Below the pieces are notes generated by a model. It was not told the origin of the DNA and ran no database searches. It saw only the letters and a list, made by a program, of their open reading frames with translations. A stretch of DNA of 63,941 bases, the filler included, from Basidiobolus ranarum (taxonomy: Eukaryota): NCBI GenBank assembly GCA_040143965.1. It is 3 parts of 3 records of this genome, joined end to end, with 100 filler letters (N's around TTAATTAATTAA, not from the genome) between each part and the next. Parts side by side here need not be neighbours in the genome. Positions count along the whole stretch, not along the records: positions 45,176 to 63,941 come from JASJQH010000267.1; 2 more parts are not named here. One strand, written 5' to 3'. The stretch's first letter is position 1; every line of letters starts with the position of its first letter. A program made the position numbers and the translations under genes. This document shows, in pieces, positions 62,996 to 63,941 of this stretch.

Positions 62996-63551
62996 GTTCT
63001 GAAATTAAGAAGAGGAAGAATGTAATCTTAGAAGCATTTCCCTACTTTTATAAGAGATATTTCATTTGCATTGAACGACTCATCAGCATATACTCCACAT
63101 GTGCATTTGGAGACGCCTCCAAATAAAATTGTAGATGATTAACGAGGCTTAATCTATCAAAATATCCTGACAAGAACAGAAGGCCTAGTGATTATGTAGG
63201 AAGATAGGTGTAATGTTCACTCGCTTACTTGCTCATTTATCAGCCAGTTTCTAATGATATTGAAAACTCTATATACATATATAGAGGTCTGTATGCTTGA
63301 CTGTCTGTCCAGTGATTCGACAGAGCATTCACTCACTGTAGTTTGAAGACAGATTGAAATATTGCAAGAAATATGCGCAACAAACAGCTGATGAACTTCA
63401 CACTTAATCTCCTCTAGAATCGTACTCAGAATATAGAATAGGTTAGCTCACTTAAGTAGTTTATTTCCTATTAACAGAACGGAGTGTATAAGACAAATTG
63501 TTTAAAGTTTAGTGAAGGGATGTTTTCAAGGTGTAGTTGGATACCATCTTT

Positions 63552-63941
63552 TTAAAGTAATTGGTTAACCAATAGAGATTTCACCATCCGATATGCCCAT
63601 GTTGCGCCATAATCCACTTGACTTGACACTTCATTTGGTGATTCTTGGCTCTCCTGGACATAAGGGTTAGATCCGGTAATTCTTCCATAACCGGGATTAG
63701 GCGAATTGCCAGGCTTTGCCTTAATACCGTGGATACGTATCTCTCGGTTCTTTTTAAACTGCACCGCTCCCTTACCCTTCCTCTTGTAGGTGTATGTCAT
63801 GACAAGCTGGAACTGGTCGCTAACCTCGTACTTATGCTGGATTTCTTTAGGAACAACCCATTCTGTGAGAACACTGGGTTTAGTTCTTAAAGGCTCTTTA
63901 GGTATTTCCGGGCCATATATGTCAACCAAGGGAATCTTTCC
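63552..63941 (-). CDS. 3' end of an unidentified protein-coding gene (runs off the window)
   Basis: Open frame from the window edge to TAA at 63552 with protein-like composition; no family recognised. Confidence 0.6.
   Translation of the reverse strand, partial: GKIPLVDIYGPEIPKEPLRTKPSVLTEWVVPKEIQHKYEVSDQFQLVMTYTYKRKGKGAVQFKKNREIRIHGIKAKPGNSPNPGYGRITGSNPYVQESQESPNEVSSQVDYGATWAYRMVKSLLVNQLL

Overview
Eukaryotic, intron-rich, AT-rich genomic DNA. The gene content (velvet, Skn7, Mcm1, CreA-like zinc finger, GT34, plus EHD and animal-like DUS1L/HADH features) points to an early-diverging fungus; Zoopagomycota/Mucoromycota, e.g. Basidiobolus-like, is an inference. The window is three contigs joined by identical 100-nt N-TTAATTAATTAA-N spacers (22502-22601, 45076-45175), so adjacency across them is not biological. 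About 27 protein-coding genes can be built by hand with short GT-AG introns. Recognisable ones: EHD, MCM1/SRF, RBA50/RPAP1, SKN7, BOL3, LSM6, DCAF8-like, TXNL1 (partial), CreA/Mig1-like, GT8, SFH5-like, HADH, a homeodomain factor, MFSD1-like (partial), DUS1, velvet, TBC GAP, GT34, CYSTM, DUF2011-like and Ecl1-like. Several are absent or fragmentary in the ORF track. Most notable observations: (1) an intron-containing gene for a bacterial-type DUF1648-like membrane protein (HGT candidate); (2) a 20-Cys, three-module metallothionein-like ORF; (3) a nest of ~345-bp Ty1/copia-like solo LTRs, one inserted in another with a perfect 5-bp TSD, in a 1.7-kb stretch with no CpG; (4) a 958-aa His/Asn/Gly repeat protein with CRE motifs upstream; (5) a minimal, divergent velvet protein. 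I see no CRISPR array, tRNA/rRNA gene or multi-gene novel system that I can support. All family calls are by motif recognition, not database search.
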